Source: an uncultured Bacteroidales bacterium
Lineage (GTDB): Bacteria; Bacteroidota; Bacteroidia; Bacteroidales; Paludibacteraceae
Direction of reading: 5' to 3'
Length of the DNA: 64,000 nt
Assembly: GCA_902783545.1 (NCBI GenBank)
Contig: CACZRD010000054.1
Coordinates: 2,171 to 66,170 of the forward strand
Below are positions 9,656 to 20,607 of this stretch, one piece after another. Under the pieces are notes generated by a model that made no database searches, was not told the origin of the DNA, and saw only the letters and a program-made list of their open reading frames with translations. The position numbers were made by a program, and so were the translations under genes. Each line of letters begins with the position of its first letter. The first letter of the stretch is position 1.

Positions 9656-12502
9656 TTGGCTGAGGGAGTGATCCATATTGAGGGCGCACGAACAAACAAC
9701 CTCAAGAACGTGAGCGTGGATATACCGCGCGACAAGATGGTTGTTATCACCGGCGTCAGTGGCAGCGGCAAATCGTCGCTTGCGTTTGACACGCTCTACG
9801 CCGAAGGCCAACGCCGATACGTAGAGAGCCTGAGCGCCTATACGCGGCAGTTCCTCGGGCGGATGCAGAAACCCGATGTGGATCAGATTGACGGTATTCC
9901 GCCTGCCATAGCCATTGAGCAGAAAGTCAGTTCGCGCAATCCGCGTTCTACCGTTGGTACCGTCACGGAGATCTACGATTATCTGAAGCTCCTATTTGCG
10001 CGCGCCGGCGTGACGATCTCGCCCGTGAGCGGCGCAGAAGTCAAACGTCACACCGTAGCCGATGTGCTTGCTTACCTGCGCTCCCTGCCAAACGGCACCA
10101 GAGTGATGCTGCTGGCAGCGGTTAACGGGTTAGCGGATGAGCGGATGAGCGAGTTAGCGGAGCAAGACAATCTCCAAGCCCGCGCCGCAGCATGGCTGAG
10201 CGAGGGTTATTCGCGACTGCTGCATGTACTCGAAGACGGCAGTGCGGATATACTGCGATTGAGCAGTAGCTTGAGCCCGGAGTTGATAAGCGACATAAGC
10301 AACGTCTATCTGCTCGTGGACCGCATCATCGCCGATGGCGAGCAAGCCACCGAGAACCGCTTTGCGGACTCCATACAGACTGCGTTCTTCGAAGGCAAAG
10401 GTGAGTGCTACCTGCGCGTTGAACTACCGGCAATCAGCAATCAGCAATCAGCGGACAATATTCAGATGGTGCATTTCTCCGAACGCTTCGAGGCTGACGG
10501 TATCCATTTCATCGAACCCACCGAACATCTGTTTAACTTTAACAACCCGCTCGGCGCGTGCCCGACATGCAACGGCTTCGGCAACATCATCGGCATCGAT
10601 GCCGATCTGGTGGTGCCCGACAAGTCCAAGAGTATCTACGAAGATGCCATAACCTGCTGGCGTGGTGAGAAGATGAGCGCCTGGCGCGATGAGTTGATCC
10701 GCCACGCCGCGGAGTTCGACTTCCCTATACATACCCCGTTCTACGCCCTCACACCCGAACAGAAACAACTCATCTGGACGGGCAACGCGTATTTCCGCGG
10801 ACTGAACGACTTCTTCCGCATGTTAGAGAAAGACCAGTACGCAAAGATTCAGTACCGCGTTATGCTTGCACGTTTCAAGGGTAAGACCACCTGCCCGGAC
10901 TGCCGTGGTATGCGTCTGAGGAAAGAGGCGGAATATGTGTGGGTTGGCGGCAAGAGAATTACCGATGTTGCGGCGATGCCCGAGAGCGAGGTTATGGAGT
11001 GGATTACGCATCTCGAACAACTGCAATCTGCCGGCGACAAACATCTTGCCGGCATGAGCGAACTGATCATGGAGATCAAGAGTCGCCTGCAGTTCATGCA
11101 CGATGTAGGACTCAGTTATCTCTCGCTTAACCGAATGGCATCCACGCTCTCGGGCGGTGAGAGCCAGCGTATTAACCTCGCCAAATCCTTGGGTAGCAGT
11201 CTGGTAGGCTCGCTCTATGTGCTGGACGAACCGTCTATCGGTCTGCATGCACGCGACACGCAACGGCTCATCCATGTGCTGCACGAATTGCGCGACCTGG
11301 GTAACACCATCGTGGTCGTTGAGCATGACGAGGATATCATGATGGCAGCGGATCACATGATAGAGATTGGTCCTAAGGCAGGCAGCCACGGCGGTGAGAT
11401 CACCTATGTCGGCAAGCCGCGACTGCAGCAGTTCCCCTCGGTTATACCGCCAGAGCGCCGGCATTGGAGTAACTACATCGAGATCATCGGTGCAGCCGAG
11501 AACAACCTGCAAAATCTCAACGTCAAGTTCCCGCTTGGCGTACTCACCGTCATCACAGGCGTCAGCGGCAGCGGCAAATCGTCGCTGGTGAGCAAGGTGC
11601 TCTACCCCGCCCTGAAGAAGCACTACGGCGGTATAGCCGCCGAACACACAGGCGACTATGGTAGCCTGAAAGGCAGCATGCACCTCATTAGAGACGTGGA
11701 GTTTGTTGACCAGAACCCATTAAGCAAATCCTCGCGTTCGAACCCCGTGACGTACATGAAAGCGTTCGACGAGATACGCCGACTCTTCGCAGACCAGCAG
11801 GCCTCGAAGCAGATGGGCTTCACACCGGCGCACTTCTCGTTCAACACCCCGGGAGGGCGCTGCGAGGAGTGCCAGGGCGAGGGCACGATAACCATTGAGA
11901 TGCAATTCATGGCGGACATCGTCATCGAGTGCGAGCACTGCCATGGCAAACGATACAAACAAGATGTTTTGGAAATAACCTTCGGCGGCAAGAACATCTA
12001 CGATATTCTCGATTTGACCGTGGACGAAGCTATCGACTTTTTCACGGAACATAATTGTGCGAAAGTTGTTCGGCTACTGAAGCCATTGCAAGACGTAGGT
12101 ATCGGATATGTCAAGCTCGGTCAGTCAAGCAGCACCCTCTCCGGCGGTGAGAGCCAGCGCGTAAAGCTCGCCTCGTATATCGCACAGGAGAACAGCCAAC
12201 CGACAATGTTCATCTTCGACGAGCCAACCACAGGTCTGCATCACAGCGATGTGATTGTGCTGCTCAATGCGCTGGAGCGGTTGATCAGCAAAGGTCACAC
12301 CGTGGTAGTCATTGAGCACAACCCCACGCTGATCATGGCAGCCGACCACATCATCGACCTCGGTCCCGAAGGCGGCAAAGACGGCGGCAGGATCGTCGCC
12401 GAGGGCACTCCCGAACAGATCATGCAATGCCCACAGAGTTACACCGGTCAAGCGCTGAAAACCAACAGTTACTTTAAGAAAACAAACGACTCACCGAAGT
12501 GA
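9656..12502 (+). CDS. uvrA: Excinuclease ABC subunit A
   Basis: 948 aa with two Walker A motifs ([14 protein letters not shown] and [14 protein letters not shown]), two LSGGESQR signatures and CxxC zinc modules. After the upstream in-frame TAA (9644-9646), the only possible starts are TTG 9656 or GTG 9668. Confidence 0.93.
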   Translation: MAEGVIHIEGARTNNLKNVSVDIPRDKMVVITGVSGSGKSSLAFDTLYAEGQRRYVESLSAYTRQFLGRMQKPDVDQIDGIPPAIAIEQKVSSRNPRSTVGTVTEIYDYLKLLFARAGVTISPVSGAEVKRHTVADVLAYLRSLPNGTRVMLLAAVNGLADERMSELAEQDNLQARAAAWLSEGYSRLLHVLEDGSADILRLSSSLSPELISDISNVYLLVDRIIADGEQATENRFADSIQTAFFEGKGECYLRVELPAISNQQSADNIQMVHFSERFEADGIHFIEPTEHLFNFNNPLGACPTCNGFGNIIGIDADLVVPDKSKSIYEDAITCWRGEKMSAWRDELIRHAAEFDFPIHTPFYALTPEQKQLIWTGNAYFRGLNDFFRMLEKDQYAKIQYRVMLARFKGKTTCPDCRGMRLRKEAEYVWVGGKRITDVAAMPESEVMEWITHLEQLQSAGDKHLAGMSELIMEIKSRLQFMHDVGLSYLSLNRMASTLSGGESQRINLAKSLGSSLVGSLYVLDEPSIGLHARDTQRLIHVLHELRDLGNTIVVVEHDEDIMMAADHMIEIGPKAGSHGGEITYVGKPRLQQFPSVIPPERRHWSNYIEIIGAAENNLQNLNVKFPLGVLTVITGVSGSGKSSLVSKVLYPALKKHYGGIAAEHTGDYGSLKGSMHLIRDVEFVDQNPLSKSSRSNPVTYMKAFDEIRRLFADQQASKQMGFTPAHFSFNTPGGRCEECQGEGTITIEMQFMADIVIECEHCHGKRYKQDVLEITFGGKNIYDILDLTVDEAIDFFTEHNCAKVVRLLKPLQDVGIGYVKLGQSSSTLSGGESQRVKLASYIAQENSQPTMFIFDEPTTGLHHSDVIVLLNALERLISKGHTVVVIEHNPTLIMAADHIIDLGPEGGKDGGRIVAEGTPEQIMQCPQSYTGQALKTNSYFKKTNDSPK

Positions 12503-12515
12503 GCCGTTTGTTTTT
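12480..12515. terminator. Hairpin terminator between convergent uvrA and exuT; it overlaps the uvrA stop
   Basis: A 15-bp stem (aaacaaacgactcac / gtgagccgtttgttt, one mismatch), loop cgaa, followed by a T-run. Confidence 0.6.
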
Positions 12516-12530
12516 GATAATGAATGTAGA

Positions 12531-13976
12531 TTATTTTACAACAACGGGTTGATGCTTGGGCACGAGGGCTTTCATGACGCACCAGCCGATGAGGTATGCG
12601 ACAGCGCATATGCAGAAGATGATCATGTAGCCTGCAGGTTTGCCGGTAAAGCCTGCGAACCTGAACGCTTCGCCCATGTCAGCAGCGTGGTCAAAAAGCA
12701 TACCTGAACCTTTGTTGATGAGGAACGACCCTACACCGCCGGCCATGGCGCCGATACCGGTGATGGTAGCGACAGCCGACTTGGGGAACATATCACCTGT
12801 GGTGGAGAAGATATTCGCCGACCAGGATTGGTGCGCTGCACCGACAATACCGATGATGATAGCTACAGCCCACGGTCCGTACACGCCACCAAGAGGTTGT
12901 GCGAAAAGAGCGAACAATGGGAAAAATGCGAAGATGAGCATTGCGCGCATACGCCCTGCATACGGCTCCATACCATGCTTCTCTACAAAGATCTTGGGCA
13001 GGTAACCGCCGAACAAGGAAATCACCGTCACAATCGCATAGAGCGTGAAGATCAGGGCTATACCTTGCGGGTCAGAAGCTTTGATACCATATTGGTCTTG
13101 GAAATAAGCCGGTGCCCAGAACAGGAAGAACCACCATACGCCATCGGTCATGAACTTACCAAACGCAAACGACCATGTCTGTTTGTGCTTGAATGCCTCG
13201 CCAAACGACATTTGTTTTTCGTCTGACGGCTGACTGCTGACGGCTGACTGCTTTTCATCGTCTTGTTGTATATACTCCAACTCAGCAGCATTCACGTGCT
13301 TGGACTCCATCGGTTTGTCATAGACAAAGATCCAGATACCAGCCCAGATGAAGCCTAATGCACCGATGATGATGAACGCCATCTCCCAGCCGAGGCTCTT
13401 GGCGAGCAGAGGGATAGTTGCCGGAGCAGCCAACGCACCTACCGACGCACCGGCATTGAACAGGGCGGTAGCAAATGCCCGGTCTTTCTTCGGGAAATAC
13501 TCAGCGGTTACCTTGATGGCTGCGGGGAAGTTACCCGCTTCACCCAATCCGAGGATCAGACGGCAAGCGAGGAACAAATAGACGCTCACCATCGATATAC
13601 TACTCACTATCGTGCCTGTCGCTTCCAACAAAGCCTGCTTGCTCTCCAAGCCAACGATATGCTCGGTTACAAAGCCGCAGCCTGCATGCAGTACAGCGCC
13701 GAGCGACCAAACGATGATCGCCCAGAGATAGCCTTTCTTCGTGCCCATCCAGTCGATGAACTTACCGGCGAAGAGGCAGAAGATAGCATACGCTATAGAG
13801 AACACACCGGTAATCGTTCCGTAGTCGGAGTCCGTCCAGTGGAATTCGGGTTGAATAAACTCTTTAAAGGTCAAGGACAGCACTTGGCGGTCCATATAAT
13901 TGACCGTAGTGGCGAAGAAAAGCATCGCACACATGACCCAACGCCAGTTGGTCATAAGTTTTTGTTGTGTACTCAT
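12531..13976 (-). CDS. exuT: MFS hexuronate transporter (ExuT-like)
   Basis: 481 aa, multi-TM MFS with an N-terminus (FFATTVNYMDRQVLSL) typical of ExuT-type transporters. It is the last gene of the hexuronate cluster. Confidence 0.8.
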   Translation of the reverse strand: MSTQQKLMTNWRWVMCAMLFFATTVNYMDRQVLSLTFKEFIQPEFHWTDSDYGTITGVFSIAYAIFCLFAGKFIDWMGTKKGYLWAIIVWSLGAVLHAGCGFVTEHIVGLESKQALLEATGTIVSSISMVSVYLFLACRLILGLGEAGNFPAAIKVTAEYFPKKDRAFATALFNAGASVGALAAPATIPLLAKSLGWEMAFIIIGALGFIWAGIWIFVYDKPMESKHVNAAELEYIQQDDEKQSAVSSQPSDEKQMSFGEAFKHKQTWSFAFGKFMTDGVWWFFLFWAPAYFQDQYGIKASDPQGIALIFTLYAIVTVISLFGGYLPKIFVEKHGMEPYAGRMRAMLIFAFFPLFALFAQPLGGVYGPWAVAIIIGIVGAAHQSWSANIFSTTGDMFPKSAVATITGIGAMAGGVGSFLINKGSGMLFDHAADMGEAFRFAGFTGKPAGYMIIFCICAVAYLIGWCVMKALVPKHQPVVVK

Positions 13977-13983
13977 AGGATAA

Positions 13984-14826
13984 TTATTTAAGATCAGTTA
14001 TTTTGCTAAAGTCCTGGTCACCGTAGTCGAGGTTCTCGCCGCCCATACCCCAGATGAAAGTGTAGTTATGGGTTGCGGCCGCGGAGTGGATCGACCACTC
14101 GGGTGAGAGCACGGCTTGGTTGCCGCGCATCCATATGTGGCGCGTCTCTTCGACCTCGCCCATGAAGTGGCAGACTGCCTGGTCGTCAGGCACCTCGAAG
14201 TAGAAGTATGCTTCCATTCGACGGCTGTGAACGTGCGCGGGCATGGTGTTCCAGACGCTACCCGGAGCCAGTTCGGTCATACCCATCTGCAGTTGGCAGG
14301 TCGGCAGGACTTGGTTGACGAGCATCTTGTTGATGTCACGTTCGTTGGACATCTCAAGGCTCCCCATATGCGCGACAACGGCATCCGCCTTGGTGACCTT
14401 CTTATCCGGATAAGTGCAGTGAGCGGTAGCGGAGTTGAAGTAGAACAGTGCAGGACGGGCTGCATCAAGGCTCTCAAAACGCACCTCACGATCACCGCGA
14501 CCGAGGTAGAGGGCTTCCTTGTAATCAAGTTCGTAGCTGTGGTCACCTGCAATGACGCGACCTTTGCCGCCTACGTTAAAGATGCCTATCTCACGGCGGG
14601 TAAGGAAGAACGGAGCCTTGAGGGGATCGATAGCCTCGAGCAGCAGGCTCTCGCCGGCAGGCATAGCGCCGCCGACAATCATGCGGTCGTACATCGAATA
14701 GACCATATTCACCTCATTGGGTGCAAACACGCGCTCGATGAGAAAGTCATGGCGCAGACGCGTGGTATCGTACGACTTGGCATCCACAGGATTGGAGGCG
14801 TAACGTACTTCGTAGTTTGTTTTCAT
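13984..14826 (-). CDS. kduI: 5-dehydro-4-deoxy-D-glucuronate isomerase
   Basis: 280 aa. The N-terminus (DTTRLRHDFLIERVFAPNEVNMVYSMYDRMIVGGAMP) is collinear with enterobacterial KduI, and the core is a cupin. Confidence 0.9.
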   Translation of the reverse strand: MKTNYEVRYASNPVDAKSYDTTRLRHDFLIERVFAPNEVNMVYSMYDRMIVGGAMPAGESLLLEAIDPLKAPFFLTRREIGIFNVGGKGRVIAGDHSYELDYKEALYLGRGDREVRFESLDAARPALFYFNSATAHCTYPDKKVTKADAVVAHMGSLEMSNERDINKMLVNQVLPTCQLQMGMTELAPGSVWNTMPAHVHSRRMEAYFYFEVPDDQAVCHFMGEVEETRHIWMRGNQAVLSPEWSIHSAAATHNYTFIWGMGGENLDYGDQDFSKITDLK

Positions 14827-14857
14827 TGTATTGTTAAATTGTTAAACTGTTAAGTTG

Positions 14858-15706
14858 TTAATTATGCCACTCGCTCCACGTTGCACCGAAGTAATAGGTG
14901 AGCGTGTCGCCGAGCTCATAGGGGCGGACGGCGACTAAGTTACCGTCCACGATATCCGTCAGTGTAGCGCCGGGTGTTTTTACAGAGATCTGGATGCGTC
15001 CTTGACTGGTACTACCGTTGTATTCGTAGTTCATGCGAGCCGCCTGTTTGTCGCTGAGCGCATCTTCCTCATAAAAGACATACCCAACCTCGGGAATCGT
15101 CAGGTAGTAGTCCACCGTGTCATGCAGATAGATTCCGCCACCCACCAAGAGCTGAGTGCTAATAGCTGACGGCTGATCACTCGTGAGTACCACCTCCGCT
15201 TTATTCTGCAACTGTCCCGCCTCTGCGGTGATGGTGAGCGACTCGCGGAGTATTTGTCCGGCAACGAGCAGGCTGTCGTACTCCAGGCGGAAGACGAAGC
15301 GGTCGGGTGTCTGTTCGATGATCTCCCAACGATCGTAAGGACCACCTATCCAAGTCTGCTCATCGGCTATAACGACGAGACCGCCAGCACCGCAGGTGTG
15401 AGCCACCTTGTAGCAATCGAGGTTGCCGTCGTAGTTGATGTGGTAGGGACGATGGTCGCGGAGTTCGCGTCCGTACATCGTGTCGATGACGAGCGCGGGA
15501 CTGTTCTTGAGCCATAGGTCAACACCGTTGCTTGGGTTCTCAGGCTTGAGGGCTGCACCGTAGAGGCGGAACGCCGCGTACTCGTTCTCCCAAGCAAAGT
15601 CATCCTTGCGCTCTGGCACGTAGCGACCATAGACCTTGGCTTCCTGTTGAGTCTGGCAAGCAGCAAGGGTCAACAATGCTATAGCGAAAAGTAGAATCTT
15701 TTTCAT
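14858..15706 (-). CDS. DUF4861-like lipoprotein (a family typically found next to kduI/kduD)
   Basis: 282 aa with a lipobox (LTLAACQ) and the motif RKDDFAWENEYAAFRLYG. A 1-nt overlap with the kduD stop. Confidence 0.55.
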   Translation of the reverse strand: MKKILLFAIALLTLAACQTQQEAKVYGRYVPERKDDFAWENEYAAFRLYGAALKPENPSNGVDLWLKNSPALVIDTMYGRELRDHRPYHINYDGNLDCYKVAHTCGAGGLVVIADEQTWIGGPYDRWEIIEQTPDRFVFRLEYDSLLVAGQILRESLTITAEAGQLQNKAEVVLTSDQPSAISTQLLVGGGIYLHDTVDYYLTIPEVGYVFYEEDALSDKQAARMNYEYNGSTSQGRIQISVKTPGATLTDIVDGNLVAVRPYELGDTLTYYFGATWSEWHN

Positions 15707-16509
15707 TATTCTGGTTGTTTTCCGATATAGGCGAGGATTCCGCCATCGACGTAGAGAATGTGACCATTGACTGCATCGGAAGCGTGTGAGGCGAGGAAGA
15801 CAGCCGGTCCGCCGAGTTCATCGGGTTCGAGCCAGCGCCCGGCAGGCGTCTTGGCGCAGATGAACGAGTCGAACGGATGACGACTGCCGTCGGCTTGGCG
15901 CTCACGCAGCGGGGCTGTTTGCGGGGTAGCGATGTAACCCGGGCCAATGCCGTTGCACTGGATGTTGTATGCACCGTACTCGGAGCAGATGTTACGGGTA
16001 AGCATCTTCAATCCACCCTTGGCAGCCGCGTAGGCGCTGACGGTCTCACGACCGAGCTCGGACATCATGGAGCATATGTTGATAATCTTGCCTTCGCGGC
16101 GCTCCATCATCTCGGGCAACACAGCTGCGCTGACGATGTACGGGGCGACCAGATCGATGTCTATGACAGCCTGAAACTCCGATCGCTTCATCTCGTGCAT
16201 GGGGATGCGCTTGATGATACCGGCGTTGTTGACGAGGATGTCGATTTGTCCGACCTCGGCATGAATGCGCTCAACAAGAGCCTTGACAGCATTCTCATCG
16301 GTGACATCGCACACATATCCGTGCACGTTCATAATGCCCTCCGCGTGGTAGTCATCGATTGCTTTAGCGATAGCCTCTTCACTGCGGGCATTAAAGATAA
16401 TTTCCTTAGCCCCTGCTCCGGCAAATGCCTTAGCAATAGCAAAACCGATCCCGTAGCAAGCGCCTGTGATCCATGCATTCTTACCTTCCAATGAAAAAGG
16501 ATTGTTCAT
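15706..16509 (-). CDS. kduD: SDR 2-dehydro-3-deoxy-D-gluconate 5-dehydrogenase / gluconate 5-dehydrogenase
   Basis: 267 aa with an SDR Rossmann motif (TGACYGIGFAIA) and catalytic YAAAK. The kduI context supports the call. Confidence 0.8.
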   Translation of the reverse strand: MNNPFSLEGKNAWITGACYGIGFAIAKAFAGAGAKEIIFNARSEEAIAKAIDDYHAEGIMNVHGYVCDVTDENAVKALVERIHAEVGQIDILVNNAGIIKRIPMHEMKRSEFQAVIDIDLVAPYIVSAAVLPEMMERREGKIINICSMMSELGRETVSAYAAAKGGLKMLTRNICSEYGAYNIQCNGIGPGYIATPQTAPLRERQADGSRHPFDSFICAKTPAGRWLEPDELGGPAVFLASHASDAVNGHILYVDGGILAYIGKQPE

Positions 16510-16533
16510 ATAGTATTAAAATTTTATAATTTA

Positions 16534-17571
16534 TTATTTCAGTTTGGCAGCCCAGTTGCGCAGGTATGTCAACCATTCTGTCATGTTGGTAGCCACGGGG
16601 TTAGCCTCCTTGGTAGCACCGACGCAGGTGAGGTAGAAGTGTGCTGATGCACACATTTGTGATTTGTGATTTTTGGTTTGTGACTGCTTGAGAAGGCAGA
16701 GTTGGTTGGATTGGTCATGAACGAGATCTCCGGCATACTGCTTGGGAATGAACACGGCTAAGCCCACCGTTTCTTTTGCATATTTGACGGTATCATTCAC
16801 CGGATAGTCTGTTCCCCACGATGCGAGCAGCACTCCGTTAGGCAACTCAAGGTGCGTCCATTCGGGGTTGACTGATTTGACGGGTATAGCCTGAACACCG
16901 GTGCATAGTCCGGCAACGGGACTGCTGAGGTTGACATCGCATCGCATATCGCGATGTCCGGCACAAAGCGTATATTGTACTGCCATGTCCACTTTTTTGT
17001 CCTCAATCTCCCACTGCTTGACAGCCACCTCAACGGTAGCTTTGTCATGCGACTGCTGTACGATGCGCTGCGAACGCTCGGCTACGGGTTCAATGTGAAC
17101 GTGTTTCTCCCCGTTCCAATACTTAACCGAGCCGACACCAACCGTGCCTGAAACGCGTAGTATATCATCGCCGTAACCGGCAGCCAAGAGGCTGTCGTTG
17201 GGATACCAGTAACTTTGCGCCAACTCGAGCCCAGGTGTGCGTTTGCAATATGGGTCGATGGTCTGTTTCTTGTCGAAATAGATGCGGTACGCCATCTGTT
17301 CGCTCTCCACAGCCACGCCATGGTGATGCAGGCTATGGTAGGTATCCTTGTCCGGGGTGTCTGTCCACCGGGTGATGGGATAGCAGTGACGAACTTTCTT
17401 GCCCTCATGCAATACAGCATAGCCTACCCTTGTCGAGTCGGCGGATGTACCGATTCGCCAGAAAGAGGTTGCCACTCTCGGGGAGCAGGAAACCAGGAAA
17501 CCTAGGCTCCATAGGAATCCTAAGCGTCCTAGTATTTTAGTTGATCTTAACATTCTCAACAGTAGGAGCAA
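16534..17571 (-). CDS. Second DUF4861-like pectin-locus lipoprotein (function unknown)
   Basis: 345 aa with a lipobox (GFLVSCSP) and the motif ESEQMAYRIYFDKK. The start is uncertain: Met 17571 or Met 17553, both overlapping the upstream GH28 stop. Confidence 0.5.
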   Translation of the reverse strand: MLLLLRMLRSTKILGRLGFLWSLGFLVSCSPRVATSFWRIGTSADSTRVGYAVLHEGKKVRHCYPITRWTDTPDKDTYHSLHHHGVAVESEQMAYRIYFDKKQTIDPYCKRTPGLELAQSYWYPNDSLLAAGYGDDILRVSGTVGVGSVKYWNGEKHVHIEPVAERSQRIVQQSHDKATVEVAVKQWEIEDKKVDMAVQYTLCAGHRDMRCDVNLSSPVAGLCTGVQAIPVKSVNPEWTHLELPNGVLLASWGTDYPVNDTVKYAKETVGLAVFIPKQYAGDLVHDQSNQLCLLKQSQTKNHKSQMCASAHFYLTCVGATKEANPVATNMTEWLTYLRNWAAKLK

Positions 17572-19084
17572 ATATGAGTGGTTCGCCTTTGGTTACCGAT
17601 ATTTGTACGTTATCAAGCGTCAAGCCGTCGGTTTGGCGGAACAATGCTCCTTCTTTCGCACTGATGGTGACATTGCGCAGGGTAACGTTCTGAATCTTCA
17701 TCTCCGGCAGTCCGTTGAACAGGATTGCCTTCTTGATGTTGGCTCCTTTGACATTCTCGATGACGATGTTGCGGAAAGCCGGAGTCTCTTCACTGACCTC
17801 GGGTGCTTCGGCACTCATGCGCGCCGCCAGCTCTTCCTCAGTCTCTTCACCGGATCCTTTGCCACCGTAGTAGAGGTCAAATATCAGCCCTTCGTTGGGG
17901 ATGTTGACCATGTTGACATCTTTGATGTAGATGTTCTCGACCACTCCACCACGTCCACGTGTGGACTTGAACCGCAGGCCGACATCCGTACCGATATACA
18001 AGTTCTTGCGCACCTCAACATTCTTTATTCCTCCCGACATCTCCGATCCGCATACAAACCCTCCGTGACCGTGATAAACCACACAGTTATCGACCACGAC
18101 ATTCTCGGTAGGTATGCCACGATCTCGTCCGGGCTTATCCTTACCGGACTTCATGCAGATGGCATCATCGCCTACGTCGAAGGTGGAGTTAGCTATCACT
18201 ACATTCTTGCATGACTCAATATCAATGCCGTCACCGTTTTGGCTATACCAAGGGTTGCGGATGGTGACGCTATTGACAACCAGATTTTCGCAGCACATGG
18301 GATGCACATTCCACCCCGGTGAGTTCTCAAAGGTTACACCCTCCAACAGAATATTCCGGCATCCCACAAAATGCAGAAGTACGGGACGCAGGAACGATTT
18401 GACTTGCGCCCAGAGGGCATCATCATTGATGACTGGCACATTCTGGTCAACACAGTAGGATTGCGCTACGATTGAGCCTGAGTCGGGATACCAGATGTTG
18501 TTCTCGGCAACAATACCGCCTTTCTCTTTGAGATGACTCTTCCACTGCGTTTCAGACATCTTAGGCTTCTTGACCGGTCGCCACCAATCGCCGTTGCCGT
18601 TGAACGTACCATGACCGGTGATGGCTATATTCTCGGCACCCTGCGCATTGAGCGGGCTGGTGCAACGTTTGGTAGGGATACCCTCGAACCACTCATCATG
18701 GATCTCGTACAAACTCAGGTCATGCGAGAACAGGACGAAACAGTTATAGTCGGTATAGAGTCTGACATTGGATTTGAGGGTTAGCGGTGCGGTGTGGTAT
18801 ATACCTTCGGGTATAACCACCGTACCTCCACCGGCAGCAGAGCACTCATTGATAGCACGTTGGATGGCATCGGTGGACAGCGTTGCGCCTGTAGGGTCAG
18901 CACCGTAGTCCAGCACAGAGAAGGTGCGATTAGCAAACTGCGGCAAGCTAACTCGCGGCATAGCGAATGCAGCCGAGCGGGTCAGACCGTCAATATCTAC
19001 CTGACGGGTAGTCTGATACTCCGGTTTGCCAGCGCAGGCGGTAAGGATAAGCGCCGAAAAGATAAGAGAAAGGAACTTGTTCAT
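17537..19084 (-). CDS. GH28 polygalacturonase / exo-poly-alpha-galacturonosidase (lipoprotein)
   Basis: 515 aa with a lipobox (LILTACAG) and GH28 motifs NGDGIDIES, GDDAICMKSG, GHGGFVCGSE and RFKSTRGRGG. Confidence 0.85.
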   Translation of the reverse strand: MNKFLSLIFSALILTACAGKPEYQTTRQVDIDGLTRSAAFAMPRVSLPQFANRTFSVLDYGADPTGATLSTDAIQRAINECSAAGGGTVVIPEGIYHTAPLTLKSNVRLYTDYNCFVLFSHDLSLYEIHDEWFEGIPTKRCTSPLNAQGAENIAITGHGTFNGNGDWWRPVKKPKMSETQWKSHLKEKGGIVAENNIWYPDSGSIVAQSYCVDQNVPVINDDALWAQVKSFLRPVLLHFVGCRNILLEGVTFENSPGWNVHPMCCENLVVNSVTIRNPWYSQNGDGIDIESCKNVVIANSTFDVGDDAICMKSGKDKPGRDRGIPTENVVVDNCVVYHGHGGFVCGSEMSGGIKNVEVRKNLYIGTDVGLRFKSTRGRGGVVENIYIKDVNMVNIPNEGLIFDLYYGGKGSGEETEEELAARMSAEAPEVSEETPAFRNIVIENVKGANIKKAILFNGLPEMKIQNVTLRNVTISAKEGALFRQTDGLTLDNVQISVTKGEPLIFAPTVENVKIN

Positions 19085-19092
19085 ACCAATAA

Positions 19093-20580
19093 TTATTCCA
19101 CTATGTCACCGTTATAGATGACGTTTTTGATTTTCTTGTACTCCTCAATAGGCATTGGCTTGGGGTTGATATTGCAGTTGAGGAACTTGATATTCTCCGC
19201 CCACTCTATTTTGATTCCGCCTTTGTTACCAATAACAGTCACGTTGTCAAAGAGTACGTTGTGCACGGGTTTTCCCTTGAGTCCCTGAATATCAACGGCT
19301 TGTTTGGAACCGATGCAGGTTATATTGCGGAAGGTGATGTTTGACCAATCAGGGAAGAATGCTTCCTTATTATCTTTGTCGGTTGCGCTGACTCCTGCTC
19401 CGCGGTCAGCATAGCCGGATTGGATAAGGAAAGCAGACTCGATGATATCTTTCATGATGATATCGTAGCAGTATATATCCTCGCACCAACCGCCTCGCCC
19501 GGGAGCCGATTTGAAGCGGCAACCGATGTCTGTTCCCTCGAATCGGCAATCTTTGACAACGAGTCGTTGCATACCACCGCTGAACTCGGAACCGATGACG
19601 AATCCACCGTGTGCGCGATAGACGGTATCGTTGCAAATGAGGAAGTCGCGTTGTGGTCCTGCCTCGACACCCTTCTCGCCCACGCCGCCTTTCATACAAA
19701 TACCATCATCACCGCAGGATATATTGCAGTTAACGATAAGTGCTACTTGTACATTACCCGGGTCCATAGCATCACCGTTCTGCGCCCAATGCGGGCAGCG
19801 GATGTTGACACCGTCAATGATGAGGTTCTGTATTCGCGTCGGCACGAAATGGAACTTCGGGGAATTAAGCAAATGTACATTCTCCATCAGCACATTACGT
19901 GAGTCAGTGATATTAACCAAATGCGGTCGCATTTTCTCTTGGGTGATGGCATCTGCTGCAATATTAGGAACGCTAAGATCCTTATTCAGATTGAACGGAT
20001 ACCACACTTTCCAGTTCTTGCTATTACCGTCCTGCTGTACGGTCCCCCCCATCTCCAACAAGCTGTACCATATTCCTTCGGTCACTTTCTTTTGCTTCAC
20101 AGGACGCCAGTAGATACCTTGTCCGTCGAGTGTACCGTGACCGGTGATGGCCACATTCTCGAGTTTGGAGCCGTGTATGAGTGCATGGCATTTCTTGCTT
20201 CCGTCACGCAGTGTATCGGAAGGTTGCACATACAATTCCTTGTTTGGCGAGAAAACTATAGTCGCATTGTCAGCAAGATGGAGATCAAAATTGCTGATGA
20301 GCTTAATGGGACCGGTAAGCCACTTGCCGTCAGGAACGATGAGGTGCCCTCCGCCTTGTTTCTTCAGATGTTTGAGCGCAGTTGCAAAGGCTTCAGAGCA
20401 ATCAGTTTGTCCGTCTCCCACACCTCCGAAGTCAACGATGTTGACGGTGTAGTCAGGGATAACGACTTCTTGTACTTGCTCCACTGCGCATGGCAAATTC
20501 GTATAGTAATGCGAGTACTTGGTTTGCGCGAGAGCCATTACACTGACCAGCGTCAAAACAGAAAGAAATAGATGTCTCAT
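19093..20580 (-). CDS. GH28 family glycoside hydrolase
   Basis: 495 aa with a signal peptide and motifs NGDAMDPG, GDDGICMKGG, AHGGFVIGSE and RFKSAPGRGG. Confidence 0.85.
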   Translation of the reverse strand: MRHLFLSVLTLVSVMALAQTKYSHYYTNLPCAVEQVQEVVIPDYTVNIVDFGGVGDGQTDCSEAFATALKHLKKQGGGHLIVPDGKWLTGPIKLISNFDLHLADNATIVFSPNKELYVQPSDTLRDGSKKCHALIHGSKLENVAITGHGTLDGQGIYWRPVKQKKVTEGIWYSLLEMGGTVQQDGNSKNWKVWYPFNLNKDLSVPNIAADAITQEKMRPHLVNITDSRNVLMENVHLLNSPKFHFVPTRIQNLIIDGVNIRCPHWAQNGDAMDPGNVQVALIVNCNISCGDDGICMKGGVGEKGVEAGPQRDFLICNDTVYRAHGGFVIGSEFSGGMQRLVVKDCRFEGTDIGCRFKSAPGRGGWCEDIYCYDIIMKDIIESAFLIQSGYADRGAGVSATDKDNKEAFFPDWSNITFRNITCIGSKQAVDIQGLKGKPVHNVLFDNVTVIGNKGGIKIEWAENIKFLNCNINPKPMPIEEYKKIKNVIYNGDIVE

Positions 20581-20607
20581 ATTCGTTTAATAATTGTGTT
20601 CATTCGT

